From the IMG/VR virus record IMGVR_UViG_3300042463_000956, positions 1-64,000 of that record: DNA of 64,000 bases, one strand, 5' to 3'. The DNA is from an uncultured virus (IMG/VR IMGVR_UViG_3300042463_000956) (lineage: Duplodnaviria > Heunggongvirae > Uroviricota > Caudoviricetes). Position numbers and translations under genes: made by a program. Under the pieces are notes generated by a model. That model did no database searches. It was not told where the DNA came from and saw nothing but the letters and a program-made list of their open reading frames with translations. Shown here piece by piece: positions 35,559-45,031 of this stretch (position 1 is its first letter; the number at the start of each line of letters is the position of its first letter).

Positions 35559-36791
35559 TTATTTTACCTCATCTGGATTGCCAGCCCATATTATTGAAAG
35601 GGTTTGACCAGGAACCATCTTTGAAACGGGGTAAGCATAAACCGTTTTATGAACACTATGTACGACATATGGTTCACCTTTTTCATCTATATATCCTATA
35701 AAACCTAAATGTGTATTTGGTATAAAAGACTTACCACTTTTTAATGTTGGTCCAGCTTTAAATTGAGTTGTAGTTTTATCATCCTCAACTTTCCATCTAG
35801 TACCATAACAGTTATTTGGGTCTTTACAAAAATATGGTGCACGTAAAGGATAATAAGTACCGTTTTGGTCTCTAAATTTACCTATAGCCGATTGAAAAAA
35901 TGCTAAATCAAAATTTGATGAGTCTGGATAATATAAACCAACAACAGTCCCTAAACCTAAACTAGAAAATTTACTTTGATTTGGTATTAGATCTATAATT
36001 ATACTTTTTGCCGTCTCATCGTCATCTGTAACTTGATTTAATCCTGGTGAACCTTTTTTATTTATACTATTGAAAAGAGTTTCCATTTTTGAAACAAGGC
36101 TAGAATTAACACTTGAGTAAACGTCAAAATCTTTATAAGCTTGCCAAGCGTCACCAAATTTCTGACCAATCATGTCGTATGTATATTCAGCACAACCAGC
36201 CTGTGTACATTTATCAACATAATAACCAAGATTTTCCTCCCACCTGTTTTCATTTATTTTAAAACCAGTTTTTACTAATGATGGTAATGTTTTACCTGGT
36301 TCATCACTTGTATACGAAGCTTTTTTATTTAATTTAAAAAATATGTATCCTAATTTTTTGTTATCAAAATTTTTAGTTGTAACCCTAGTGTTTGCGACTT
36401 TTTTAATTGTTTCATCATTGTAAGGTCCAGTCGGTTCAAGGTTGTATTTTTTAGCCGTGTTTGGGAAATTTTTTATAATCCAAGCTCTAAACATGTCAGA
36501 TTGAGTTTCATTCTTAAAAAAAGAATATAAGTCGCTTTGAATTTTTTTACCAAATAGTTTTGCAACTTCAATTTCAGCATTTCCACTAACTTTAGTCCAT
36601 CTATTTGATAAGTCGCCCTTTTTTTTAACAAAATAACTATTTCCAACCTCTTTGTATTCCCAAGGGTCATTTTTTTTACCCTGAACTATATTAGACTCAA
36701 TTAATGGGGTTAAACTTGTACCAACATAATTATTTTTATAAAAATTATGAAGATTTAGTATTCTATTTTTTTCATTTTCATCAAGCATCAC
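35559..36791 (-). CDS. Hypothetical protein, possible CHAP/NlpC-like Cys-His fold
   Basis: GCAEY...GDAW and THLGFI motifs; LDENEKNRILNLH leader. Confidence 0.5.
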   Translation of the reverse strand: MMLDENEKNRILNLHNFYKNNYVGTSLTPLIESNIVQGKKNDPWEYKEVGNSYFVKKKGDLSNRWTKVSGNAEIEVAKLFGKKIQSDLYSFFKNETQSDMFRAWIIKNFPNTAKKYNLEPTGPYNDETIKKVANTRVTTKNFDNKKLGYIFFKLNKKASYTSDEPGKTLPSLVKTGFKINENRWEENLGYYVDKCTQAGCAEYTYDMIGQKFGDAWQAYKDFDVYSSVNSSLVSKMETLFNSINKKGSPGLNQVTDDDETAKSIIIDLIPNQSKFSSLGLGTVVGLYYPDSSNFDLAFFQSAIGKFRDQNGTYYPLRAPYFCKDPNNCYGTRWKVEDDKTTTQFKAGPTLKSGKSFIPNTHLGFIGYIDEKGEPYVVHSVHKTVYAYPVSKMVPGQTLSIIWAGNPDEVK

Positions 36792-36875
36792 TTCAATTTT
36801 TTAAATAAATATCATAATAATTTAATTTTATTTAAAAGATTTTTTTTCTGAATATTTATTTTATAAAATATCTTT

Positions 36876-38648
36876 ATGAGTTTATCAAAAGAACAAATAA
36901 TGCTTGAGTATGTAAGATGTATGAAAGATACACCATACGCATTAAGAACATACTTACAGACATATGATAATACCGTTTCACAATACGTACCTTTAGAGTT
37001 ATTCCCAGATCAAGTATCACTTCTCAAGGATTACGAAGATTACGAAGAAAACATTGCATTAAAATATCGTCAGGCCGGAGTATCAACAGTAACTGCGGCA
37101 TGGGTCTCAAAAAAACTTGTATTTGCCAAAAAAGAACGTCCAGAAAAAATATTGATTATTGCCAACAAACTTGATACATCAATGGAAATGGCAAATAAAA
37201 TTAGAGCCTTTGTTGACCAATGGCCTAAATGGGTTGGGGCTTCATTTTCACCAGATAAAAATTCACAAAGACATTATAAACTGACAAATGGTTGTGAAGT
37301 AAAAGCTGTTGCAACATCAAGAGATGCCTTGAGGGGTTATACCCCTACGGTACTTGTATTTGATGAGGCTGCGTTTATAGAAGCTGATGGTGATTTCTGG
37401 GCTGCTTGTATGGCATCTCTATCTACTGGTGGTAAAGTAATTGTTGTTTCAACTCCGAATGGATACGACCCAATTTATTATGATGTATATAATCAAGCAG
37501 TAAAAGGGATTAACAACTTTAAAATTTCTGAAATGTTTTGGTGGAAAGACCCAAGATATTCTAAAGATTTATTTTTGGTTCCGACTGATGATATGGTTGA
37601 TTATCTACTAAATAAAGACGAAAAAGACCACTCTAAAAATATATCATTTGCCGATACAGACCCATATGAAAGAGATTATGAAAAAATAAAAGAATATTTT
37701 TCACAAGGATATAAACCTTGTTCTACTTGGTATGAAAAAATGGTTAAAAAGTTAAAATACGATAAACGTAAAATTAACCAAGAGCTTAACTGTGAATTTC
37801 TAGGATCAGGTGATAACGTATTTGATTCTAAAGAATTGGAATGGATAAAAACAAATACAATACAAGATGCCCCAAATAAAATGATGGGAAATTCTTTGTG
37901 GATGTGGAAAGAACCAGAACAAGGACATAAATACATTATGGGTGTTGACGTATCCCGTGGGGATAGTGAAGACTTTTCGTCTATTCAAATAATTGATTTT
38001 GATGAAAGAGAACAAGTTTTAGAATATGTTGGGAAAATACCACCAGACGCTCTAGCTGAAATTGCATATAAATGGGGATTAATGTATAACGCATTTTGTG
38101 TTGTCGATATAACAGGTGGTATGGGAATTACAACGGTAAGAAAAATGCAAGAACTTGGGTATAAAAATTTATACATTGATGGTGTCGATTCTACAAATAT
38201 TTGGTCTTATAATCCAAAAAATCAAGATAAAATCCCTGGAATAAATTTTAACAACAAACGTGTTCAAATTATTGCTGCCTTTGAGGAGTATGTTAGACAT
38301 AAATTTAAAATTAAAAGTGTTCGTTTATATAACGAGATGAACACTTTTGTTTATGTGAATGGAAGACCTGACCATCAAAGGGGTCAGCACGATGACCTTA
38401 TAATGGGAATTTCAATGGCAATATATGTTGGTGAATCTTCATTTACAAAATTAGAAAAAGTTGTTGAGAAAACAAAAGTTATGATAGAATCTTGGACCGT
38501 AGCAAACAACGATTCTGTTGGTAAACAAATTCATTTTGACCCAGTAATTCCAAATGGTCATATGCTTAATGAACGTATGAAAATGAATTCTGGACCATCA
38601 AAAGATGATTACATAAAATATGGTTGGTTATTTGGGGGTAAAAGATAA
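36876..38648 (+). CDS. terL: Terminase large subunit (T4 gp17-like)
   Basis: KYRQAGVST, VFDEAAF, VSTPNG, GVDVSRG, HDDLIM. Confidence 0.95.
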   Translation: MSLSKEQIMLEYVRCMKDTPYALRTYLQTYDNTVSQYVPLELFPDQVSLLKDYEDYEENIALKYRQAGVSTVTAAWVSKKLVFAKKERPEKILIIANKLDTSMEMANKIRAFVDQWPKWVGASFSPDKNSQRHYKLTNGCEVKAVATSRDALRGYTPTVLVFDEAAFIEADGDFWAACMASLSTGGKVIVVSTPNGYDPIYYDVYNQAVKGINNFKISEMFWWKDPRYSKDLFLVPTDDMVDYLLNKDEKDHSKNISFADTDPYERDYEKIKEYFSQGYKPCSTWYEKMVKKLKYDKRKINQELNCEFLGSGDNVFDSKELEWIKTNTIQDAPNKMMGNSLWMWKEPEQGHKYIMGVDVSRGDSEDFSSIQIIDFDEREQVLEYVGKIPPDALAEIAYKWGLMYNAFCVVDITGGMGITTVRKMQELGYKNLYIDGVDSTNIWSYNPKNQDKIPGINFNNKRVQIIAAFEEYVRHKFKIKSVRLYNEMNTFVYVNGRPDHQRGQHDDLIMGISMAIYVGESSFTKLEKVVEKTKVMIESWTVANNDSVGKQIHFDPVIPNGHMLNERMKMNSGPSKDDYIKYGWLFGGKR

Positions 38649-38653
38649 TTAAA

Positions 38654-38956
38654 ATGGGATTAGATAGAAGAAAAACTTCGGGTAGAATATTTGGTGGAGC
38701 TAATTTAGTAGTACCTGACCAACCAATATATTCGGTAAAAAATTTTCCACCAACTTTTCAATATAAAAGAGGAACCCCAAAAGATACTTTTAGGGAAATA
38801 CCACAACCAACACCAACACCAACACCAAGTCAAACACCAACACCGAGCCCTACACCACCTACACCAAGTCCAACACCGACTGTTGAGACTTTTTACATTC
38901 TAACTGAAACACAAGAGCCAATACTAACAGAAAGTGGTGAAAACATTATATACTAG
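38654..38956 (+). CDS. Small PT-repeat protein with ILTE repeats
   Basis: 100-aa ORF between terminase and portal. Confidence 0.6.
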   Translation: MGLDRRKTSGRIFGGANLVVPDQPIYSVKNFPPTFQYKRGTPKDTFREIPQPTPTPTPSQTPTPSPTPPTPSPTPTVETFYILTETQEPILTESGENIIY

Positions 38957-38996
38957 TGAATATTTATATTTGATAATTATAAATTAAATTTCTATT

Positions 38997-40781
38997 ATGG
39001 AACAAAATACAAATCAACTTACAGTTTGGCAAAGACTTAATAAAGCATTTGGTCCTAATTCATTATTAGGACAAGATGTACCAACACATAAGTTTAGTAA
39101 ACAAGACCTATTAAAAACAAGAGATAAAAATGAATTTGAGAAGGAAAAACTCCAAGCTCAACAAACACTATATTTATCAAATCAATGGCAAAAAATAGAA
39201 AGCAATCTTTATACTCAAGCAATTTATTACGAACCAACAAGACTAGCGGCATTTTATGATTACGAATCTATGGAGTTCACACCAGAAATTTCAACAGCAC
39301 TTGATATATACGCTGAAGAATCTACAACCCCAAATGAAGACGGACATATTTTACAAATATATTCTGAATCAAAAAGAATAAAAGCAATTCTTGCAGATTT
39401 ATTTAATAACACATTAGATATTAACACAAACTTACAAATGTGGATTAGAAACACTTGTAAGTATGGTGATAATTTTGTTTATTTAAAATTAGACCCTGAA
39501 AAAGGAATTATTGGTGGTGTACAATTACCAAACATCGAGATTGAAAGATTAGAAAGGGGGATGACGCCAAAGACGGCAAATTCTGAAAATAACCCAGCTG
39601 AAAAAGGATTAAGGTTTAACTGGAAAGAAAAGAATATGTCTTTCAACACTTTTGAAATTGCACACTTTAGATTACTTGGTGATGATAGAAAACTTCCTTA
39701 TGGTACATCTATGCTTGAAAAAGCAAGACGTATTTGGAAACAACTTGTATTGGCCGAAGATGCGATGTTAATTTATCGTACATCTAGAGCACCAGAAAGA
39801 AGGGTTTTTAAAGTATTTGTTGGAAATATGGATGATAAAGATGTTGAACCATATGTACAACGTGTTGCAAACAAATTTAAAAGAGATCAGGTTGTTGATT
39901 CTAAAACAGGTAATGTCGATTTAAGGTTTAATCAAATGGCTGTTGACCAAGATTATTTTATTCCAGTAAGAGATGCAACACAAACAATGCCAATTGAAAC
40001 TTTGCCAGGTGGAACAAATCTATCGGAAATTGCGGATATTGAGTACATCCAAAAGAAACTTGTTACAGCACTAAGAATACCAAAAGCTTATTTAGGTTTT
40101 GAAGAAGTTGTTGGTGATGGTAAAAACTTATCATTACTTGATATTCGTTTTGCAAGAACAATTAATAGAATACAAAAAAATATTTTATCAGAATTAAATA
40201 AAGTTGCAATCATTCATTTATTTCTATTAGGTTTTGAAGATGAATTACAAAACTTTACTTTAGGGTTAAATAATCCATCAAAACAAGCAGACCTTTTAAT
40301 GGTTGATGTGTGGAAAGAAAAAGTAACACTATACAAAGATATGGTTACAGAAATCCCAAATACATTAGCACCAACATCTGCTACTTGGGCTAAAAAACAC
40401 ATTTTTGGGTTTTCAGATGAGGATATTAAACTGGATACTCAAAGACAAAGAATGGAAAGAGCTGTTGCGGCAGAACTTGCAAATACCGCAACAATTATTA
40501 CTCATACTGGTTTGTTTGATAATATCGATAAATTATATAAAACTGTAAGTGGAACAACTGAAGGTGGAGAAGCAGCTGGAGGAGCACCACCACCAGGAGG
40601 AGGACCACCACCAGGAGGAGGACCACCACCACCGCCAGGAGGAGGTGATTTAGGTGGTTTACCAGAAAGTAGAGCTAAACTAGAAAACCTATTATTAGAA
40701 TCAAATGATGATGATTTTATAATAAAAAATAGTTCTCTTGGTGATATGGAAAATGAATTATTAAAAATACTTAAAGATTGA
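38997..40781 (+). CDS. Portal protein (T4 gp20-like)
   Basis: EDAMLIYRTSRAPERRVF, DYFIP, IETLPGG. Confidence 0.95.
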   Translation: MEQNTNQLTVWQRLNKAFGPNSLLGQDVPTHKFSKQDLLKTRDKNEFEKEKLQAQQTLYLSNQWQKIESNLYTQAIYYEPTRLAAFYDYESMEFTPEISTALDIYAEESTTPNEDGHILQIYSESKRIKAILADLFNNTLDINTNLQMWIRNTCKYGDNFVYLKLDPEKGIIGGVQLPNIEIERLERGMTPKTANSENNPAEKGLRFNWKEKNMSFNTFEIAHFRLLGDDRKLPYGTSMLEKARRIWKQLVLAEDAMLIYRTSRAPERRVFKVFVGNMDDKDVEPYVQRVANKFKRDQVVDSKTGNVDLRFNQMAVDQDYFIPVRDATQTMPIETLPGGTNLSEIADIEYIQKKLVTALRIPKAYLGFEEVVGDGKNLSLLDIRFARTINRIQKNILSELNKVAIIHLFLLGFEDELQNFTLGLNNPSKQADLLMVDVWKEKVTLYKDMVTEIPNTLAPTSATWAKKHIFGFSDEDIKLDTQRQRMERAVAAELANTATIITHTGLFDNIDKLYKTVSGTTEGGEAAGGAPPPGGGPPPGGGPPPPPGGGDLGGLPESRAKLENLLLESNDDDFIIKNSSLGDMENELLKILKD

Positions 40782-40804
40782 TATATTTATAATTAAAAAT
40801 AATT

Positions 40805-41521
40805 ATGAAATTTGGTTTAATAAAAAGTAAAATTGAAAAATTACTTACAGAGTCATACAAAAAAAATTCTTTTAAGAACACATTATTTGTTTTTAATGAA
40901 TTAGTATTAGAAAATAAAAACATTAGTAAACTTTATTATTTGTATGATGAACTATCAAGTAACAAGGGATTAAACGAATCTATTGCTTCGGAACTAATAA
41001 ACCAATCAATAGTTATATATGAAAACACAATTAATAAAATTTCTAAAAAAAATTTAGAAGAATTAAGTTTATGGGTTGGACACATTAAAACTAAAAATAA
41101 TTATGAAAATTTAGATAATTTGTTTTCAACAAGTGTTTTAACATTAGAAAATAAAGTTAAAAGTAAAAAAATTATTCTTGAAAATTTAAAAAATAGTCCG
41201 AAACAAATGGAAACCGTAAAAAATTTACCGGTAGAAAAATTGGTAAATGTTGCAAATAAAACATTAAGTAAATTTATTAATTCATTAAATGAAGAAAGTA
41301 AAAAGACTTTAACAAAAATTTTATCTGAAGATGAAAATAAATTAAAGTTAAAATATGAACTTCTAAAAGAAGATGTTGTTGATAAATTAGAAGATATCAA
41401 AAAAAATGAAGCGGATTCTGAAGTTATTAAAACAATAGATGAAACATTAAATAGACTACAAAATGAAAATTTTGATAGAATTTCGTTTTTTAAATTACAA
41501 GAACTAAATAGAAGTATTTAA
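40805..41521 (+). CDS. Hypothetical head-module protein
   Basis: 238-aa ORF after the late motif. Confidence 0.7.
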   Translation: MKFGLIKSKIEKLLTESYKKNSFKNTLFVFNELVLENKNISKLYYLYDELSSNKGLNESIASELINQSIVIYENTINKISKKNLEELSLWVGHIKTKNNYENLDNLFSTSVLTLENKVKSKKIILENLKNSPKQMETVKNLPVEKLVNVANKTLSKFINSLNEESKKTLTKILSEDENKLKLKYELLKEDVVDKLEDIKKNEADSEVIKTIDETLNRLQNENFDRISFFKLQELNRSI

Positions 41522-41703
41522 TCTAGATTTTTAAGTCTTTGTATGTAAATAGCCTTTTGTAAAGTCTGTCTTTTTTCGACAGACTTTTTTGTAAATTCTT
41601 TTCTATTATTAAGATGGGAATTTTGTCTGGTTCTGATTACCTTACTTTTTAATTCTTTTAGGGCTCTTTCGATGTCGTTTTTTTTTACTTGTACTATTAA
41701 CAT
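41518..41703 (-). CDS. rpsU: Phage-encoded ribosomal protein bS21
   Basis: MLIVQVKKNDIERALKELKSK...RKEFTKKSVEKR matches the bS21 pattern (IERALK, R..F.KPS..RR). Confidence 0.85.
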   Translation of the reverse strand: MLIVQVKKNDIERALKELKSKVIRTRQNSHLNNRKEFTKKSVEKRQTLQKAIYIQRLKNLD

Positions 41704-41785
41704 AAATGATTTTATTATATTTGATATATATTACAAAATTATGTAAATTTTACTAAAATAAACATTGAGACTATGAAAAATTTTT

Positions 41786-42253
41786 ATGAAAAAGGGAAAA
41801 ACCTCAAAAATTAACGGATTTCGAACATCCAAAGTAAGTTATGGAACAGTAGATTCCAAAGAATTCAAATCACTTTATTTGAATATCCAAACCTGGGTAG
41901 AACCCAAAAAAGAAGCAGAAAACTGGACAAGAGTTGTTCTGAATATGAATAGAAGTGTTAAACACTCTGTTTTTAACAACATAAACAAAGAACTTTTTGA
42001 CGATAAATTTATTGTAGATTTAGATTTAAGAACAAGTGGATTACAAATGAAAAAAAAATCTTTTATGAATTTAGAAATAAATTTATATTTAACACAAGAA
42101 ATTGACTTCAAATCAGTGAAATTAAAAAAATATCTAAAAAATATCACCAAAGAAATTTATTCAGACGTATTTAACAAGAATGATTATTTTAAGTTTTATC
42201 TAACAAAAAATGGAAATACCAAACCTTTAAAAGTAAAAACCGAAAAAGTTTAA
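41786..42253 (+). CDS. Hypothetical protein
   Basis: 155-aa ORF. Confidence 0.7.
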   Translation: MKKGKTSKINGFRTSKVSYGTVDSKEFKSLYLNIQTWVEPKKEAENWTRVVLNMNRSVKHSVFNNINKELFDDKFIVDLDLRTSGLQMKKKSFMNLEINLYLTQEIDFKSVKLKKYLKNITKEIYSDVFNKNDYFKFYLTKNGNTKPLKVKTEKV

Positions 42254-42274
42254 TATTTATAATAAAATTTAAAT

Positions 42275-42991
42275 ATGAAAATTTTAGGACCAAACGAAAC
42301 TGGTAAAGGAATCCTTATCGAATATGACGCTGGATATATAAATCCAAAATCACAAAATAACCATTACATTATGGAATCTCAAAACTTCTTGGATTATTCA
42401 AAACCATTTGAGTTCTATGCCGTATTACAAAAATACGATACCCCAAATAGAAATGGTAGGGTTTATCCAGAAAAGATATTAAAAAGAGAAGCTGAGAATT
42501 ATAAAAAGATGATTGAGAAAGGAACATCCCTTTCAGAACTTAACCACCCTGAATCTTCTTTAATTGATCTTGATAGGGTATCACATATGATTACCGAAGT
42601 ATGGTGGGACGGACCAGTATTATTGGGTAAATTAAAATTACTTACAAGTCCAGGTTTTCACGAAAGAGGGATTGTATCAACAAAAGGTGATATGGCGGCA
42701 AACTATCTTAGACAAGGTGTAACACTTGGCATTTCTTCTAGAGGTGTTGGGTCACTTAAAAAAGTTGGGGAACAAAATGAAGTACAAGATGATTTTGAAT
42801 TAATTTGTTTTGATTTAGTTTCTTCACCGTCAACACCTGGTGCTTATTTATTTTTAGATAAAAATGATAGACATAAATTTGATGAGAATTTAGAAGAAGA
42901 AAAAAGAATGACCGTAGAAAGAAATGTTGGTGGATCTGGTAACAAATCTCTTGACTTAATGAAAAGATTATCCGATTATTTGGGTAAATAA
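42275..42991 (+). CDS. Prohead protease (T4 gp21-like)
   Basis: NRNGRVYP, ELNHP, GISSRGVGS, DLVSSPSTPGA. Confidence 0.95.
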   Translation: MKILGPNETGKGILIEYDAGYINPKSQNNHYIMESQNFLDYSKPFEFYAVLQKYDTPNRNGRVYPEKILKREAENYKKMIEKGTSLSELNHPESSLIDLDRVSHMITEVWWDGPVLLGKLKLLTSPGFHERGIVSTKGDMAANYLRQGVTLGISSRGVGSLKKVGEQNEVQDDFELICFDLVSSPSTPGAYLFLDKNDRHKFDENLEEEKRMTVERNVGGSGNKSLDLMKRLSDYLGK

Positions 42992-42999
42992 AAAAAATT

Positions 43000-43215
43000 A
43001 TGGAACAAGGAGAAAAATATTTTGTAGCAAAGATTACATCAGATTTGTTAGATTCAGAATCTGGAAGAGTAAAAAAAGTAAAAGAAGAAAAATTAGTTTT
43101 AGGTTACACACCAACAGATGTTGAGGCAAAAGTAACTAAAATCTATGAAAACTACACAATGGACTGGAGGATTACATCAATTACCGAAAGTAAAATTGAT
43201 GAGGTTATAGAATAA
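43000..43215 (+). CDS. Small protein, DUF4494-like
   Basis: YF.AKI...GRVKKVKEE.LV...TDVEAKV...WRITSI..SKI.EV pattern. Confidence 0.5.
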   Translation: MEQGEKYFVAKITSDLLDSESGRVKKVKEEKLVLGYTPTDVEAKVTKIYENYTMDWRITSITESKIDEVIE

Positions 43216-43335
43216 AAACTTAAAAAATATTTTTTACAAAAAGGGAGTAACATTAGTTATTCCCTTTTTTTATTATCTAAAATTAAACTTTTTCAAAAAC
43301 CAATGTATTTATTTGAATAAAGTCAAAAAATAAAA

Positions 43336-44964
43336 ATGGCAAGAAACCAAAGAGAAGTAGAAGACGCATTATTCCAGATTAAGAATTTGGAAGAGTCTTT
43401 AAAAAGAAACGCACAAGGAATACTTTCATCGACGATGAAGGAAGAAATCAATTCATTAGTAAAAGAATCTCTCAAAGAACAAGATGAGGTTGAGGATGAA
43501 GAAGAAGTTGATGTGGACATTGAGGACACTGATACTGATAACGAAGAATTTACTGACGACGAAGTATATGCTACAGATGATGTAGAAGATGATGAAATGA
43601 TGGGTCAACCAGTAATGCCTTCAGATGATGACACAGTAGATATGACCCAAGCTTCAGATGCTGAAGTTTTAAGAGTATTTAGAGCGATGGGAGATAACGA
43701 TGGTGTTGTAGTAAAAAGAGATGATAATATGATACATTTATCTGATAACGAAAACGATACAGAATACATTATCCAACTTTCTGAATCAATGATGGATGAT
43801 AGTGAATTAAAAGAATTTGGTAAATCTGAATTTGATATGTATTCACATCATTTTGGTGAAGATGATTTTGAAGACGAGGATGAAGATGAAAACGAATTTG
43901 GTGACTATATGCCTATGAACAAATTGGATATGGGTATTAGAGAAAAAGGAATGTTAAATCAAGATCCATTTGCTAGTAAATTTAAATTTAATAAATTTGA
44001 AGATGATTTTGAAGATGATTTTGAAGATGATTTTGATTATTCGTCTTTGGAAGAAGAAATGGAATTTCAAGACGACGACACACCAATGTCAGGTGTTGAA
44101 ACAACTGAAAACATTTACGAATTAGAATTGGATGAAGAGGATGATAACATTTTCGATGGAAGTAAAAAAAGTAGATTTGAATTCGAAGAGGAAGAACTTG
44201 AACCTCAACTGACACTAAAGTCTGATCTATCAAAAGGTGATGCTGAAGTAATGGAAAGCGTAAGAAAAGCCTTTAAAGCTATAGGAACTGGAATGGGTAA
44301 CGCTTCTAAATATAGAATGAGTAAAAAACCAAACATGGATGGTGGGTTTAAAACAGTTAAGAAAAACGCCAACAAAACTATGGGTACTGGTAAAGCAAAA
44401 TTTGAATATAAAGAGGGTAAAAACTTAGACGGTGAATTCAATGTAAAACCTTCTATGAGAAAATCAGAATTTAAAGAAGCTTCAAGAACTTTAGGTAGTG
44501 GTAAATCTTGGGGTAAACCTGGTGTAGACAAAAGAAGAGCAGCACCGGCTAACCTAAGAAAAGAAAGTACCGAAGAACTTGAATTATTAAGAGCAAAAAA
44601 TGATGAATACAGAAAAGCACTTGATTTGTTTAGAACTAAATTAAATGAAGTTGCTGTATTTAATTCAAACCTTGCTTACGCAACTAGATTGTTCACAGAA
44701 CATTCAACAACTAAACAAGAAAAGATTAATATTCTTAGAAGATTCGACAATGCTGAAACTTTAAAAGAATCTAAAAATCTTTACAGAGCACTTAAGTCAG
44801 AGTTAGATTCGCCAAAAGCTAGTGAAAATACAATCACAGAATCAGTACAAAGAAGAGTAGAGATTACTCCATCTACTGGATCTGCGGTAAATTTAATTGA
44901 ATCAAAAACGTATGAAAATCCACAGTTTTTACGAATGAAAGACTTAATGACTAAAATAAAATAA
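43336..44964 (+). CDS. Prohead scaffold/core protein (gp22-like)
   Basis: Very acidic coiled-coil protein between the protease and the capsid gene. Confidence 0.75.
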   Translation: MARNQREVEDALFQIKNLEESLKRNAQGILSSTMKEEINSLVKESLKEQDEVEDEEEVDVDIEDTDTDNEEFTDDEVYATDDVEDDEMMGQPVMPSDDDTVDMTQASDAEVLRVFRAMGDNDGVVVKRDDNMIHLSDNENDTEYIIQLSESMMDDSELKEFGKSEFDMYSHHFGEDDFEDEDEDENEFGDYMPMNKLDMGIREKGMLNQDPFASKFKFNKFEDDFEDDFEDDFDYSSLEEEMEFQDDDTPMSGVETTENIYELELDEEDDNIFDGSKKSRFEFEEEELEPQLTLKSDLSKGDAEVMESVRKAFKAIGTGMGNASKYRMSKKPNMDGGFKTVKKNANKTMGTGKAKFEYKEGKNLDGEFNVKPSMRKSEFKEASRTLGSGKSWGKPGVDKRRAAPANLRKESTEELELLRAKNDEYRKALDLFRTKLNEVAVFNSNLAYATRLFTEHSTTKQEKINILRRFDNAETLKESKNLYRALKSELDSPKASENTITESVQRRVEITPSTGSAVNLIESKTYENPQFLRMKDLMTKIK

Positions 44965-45031
44965 ACTTTTTAAAAGTACAGTATATTTATAATATACATA
45001 AATAAAAAATAAAGCCAAAAAACAAATAAAA

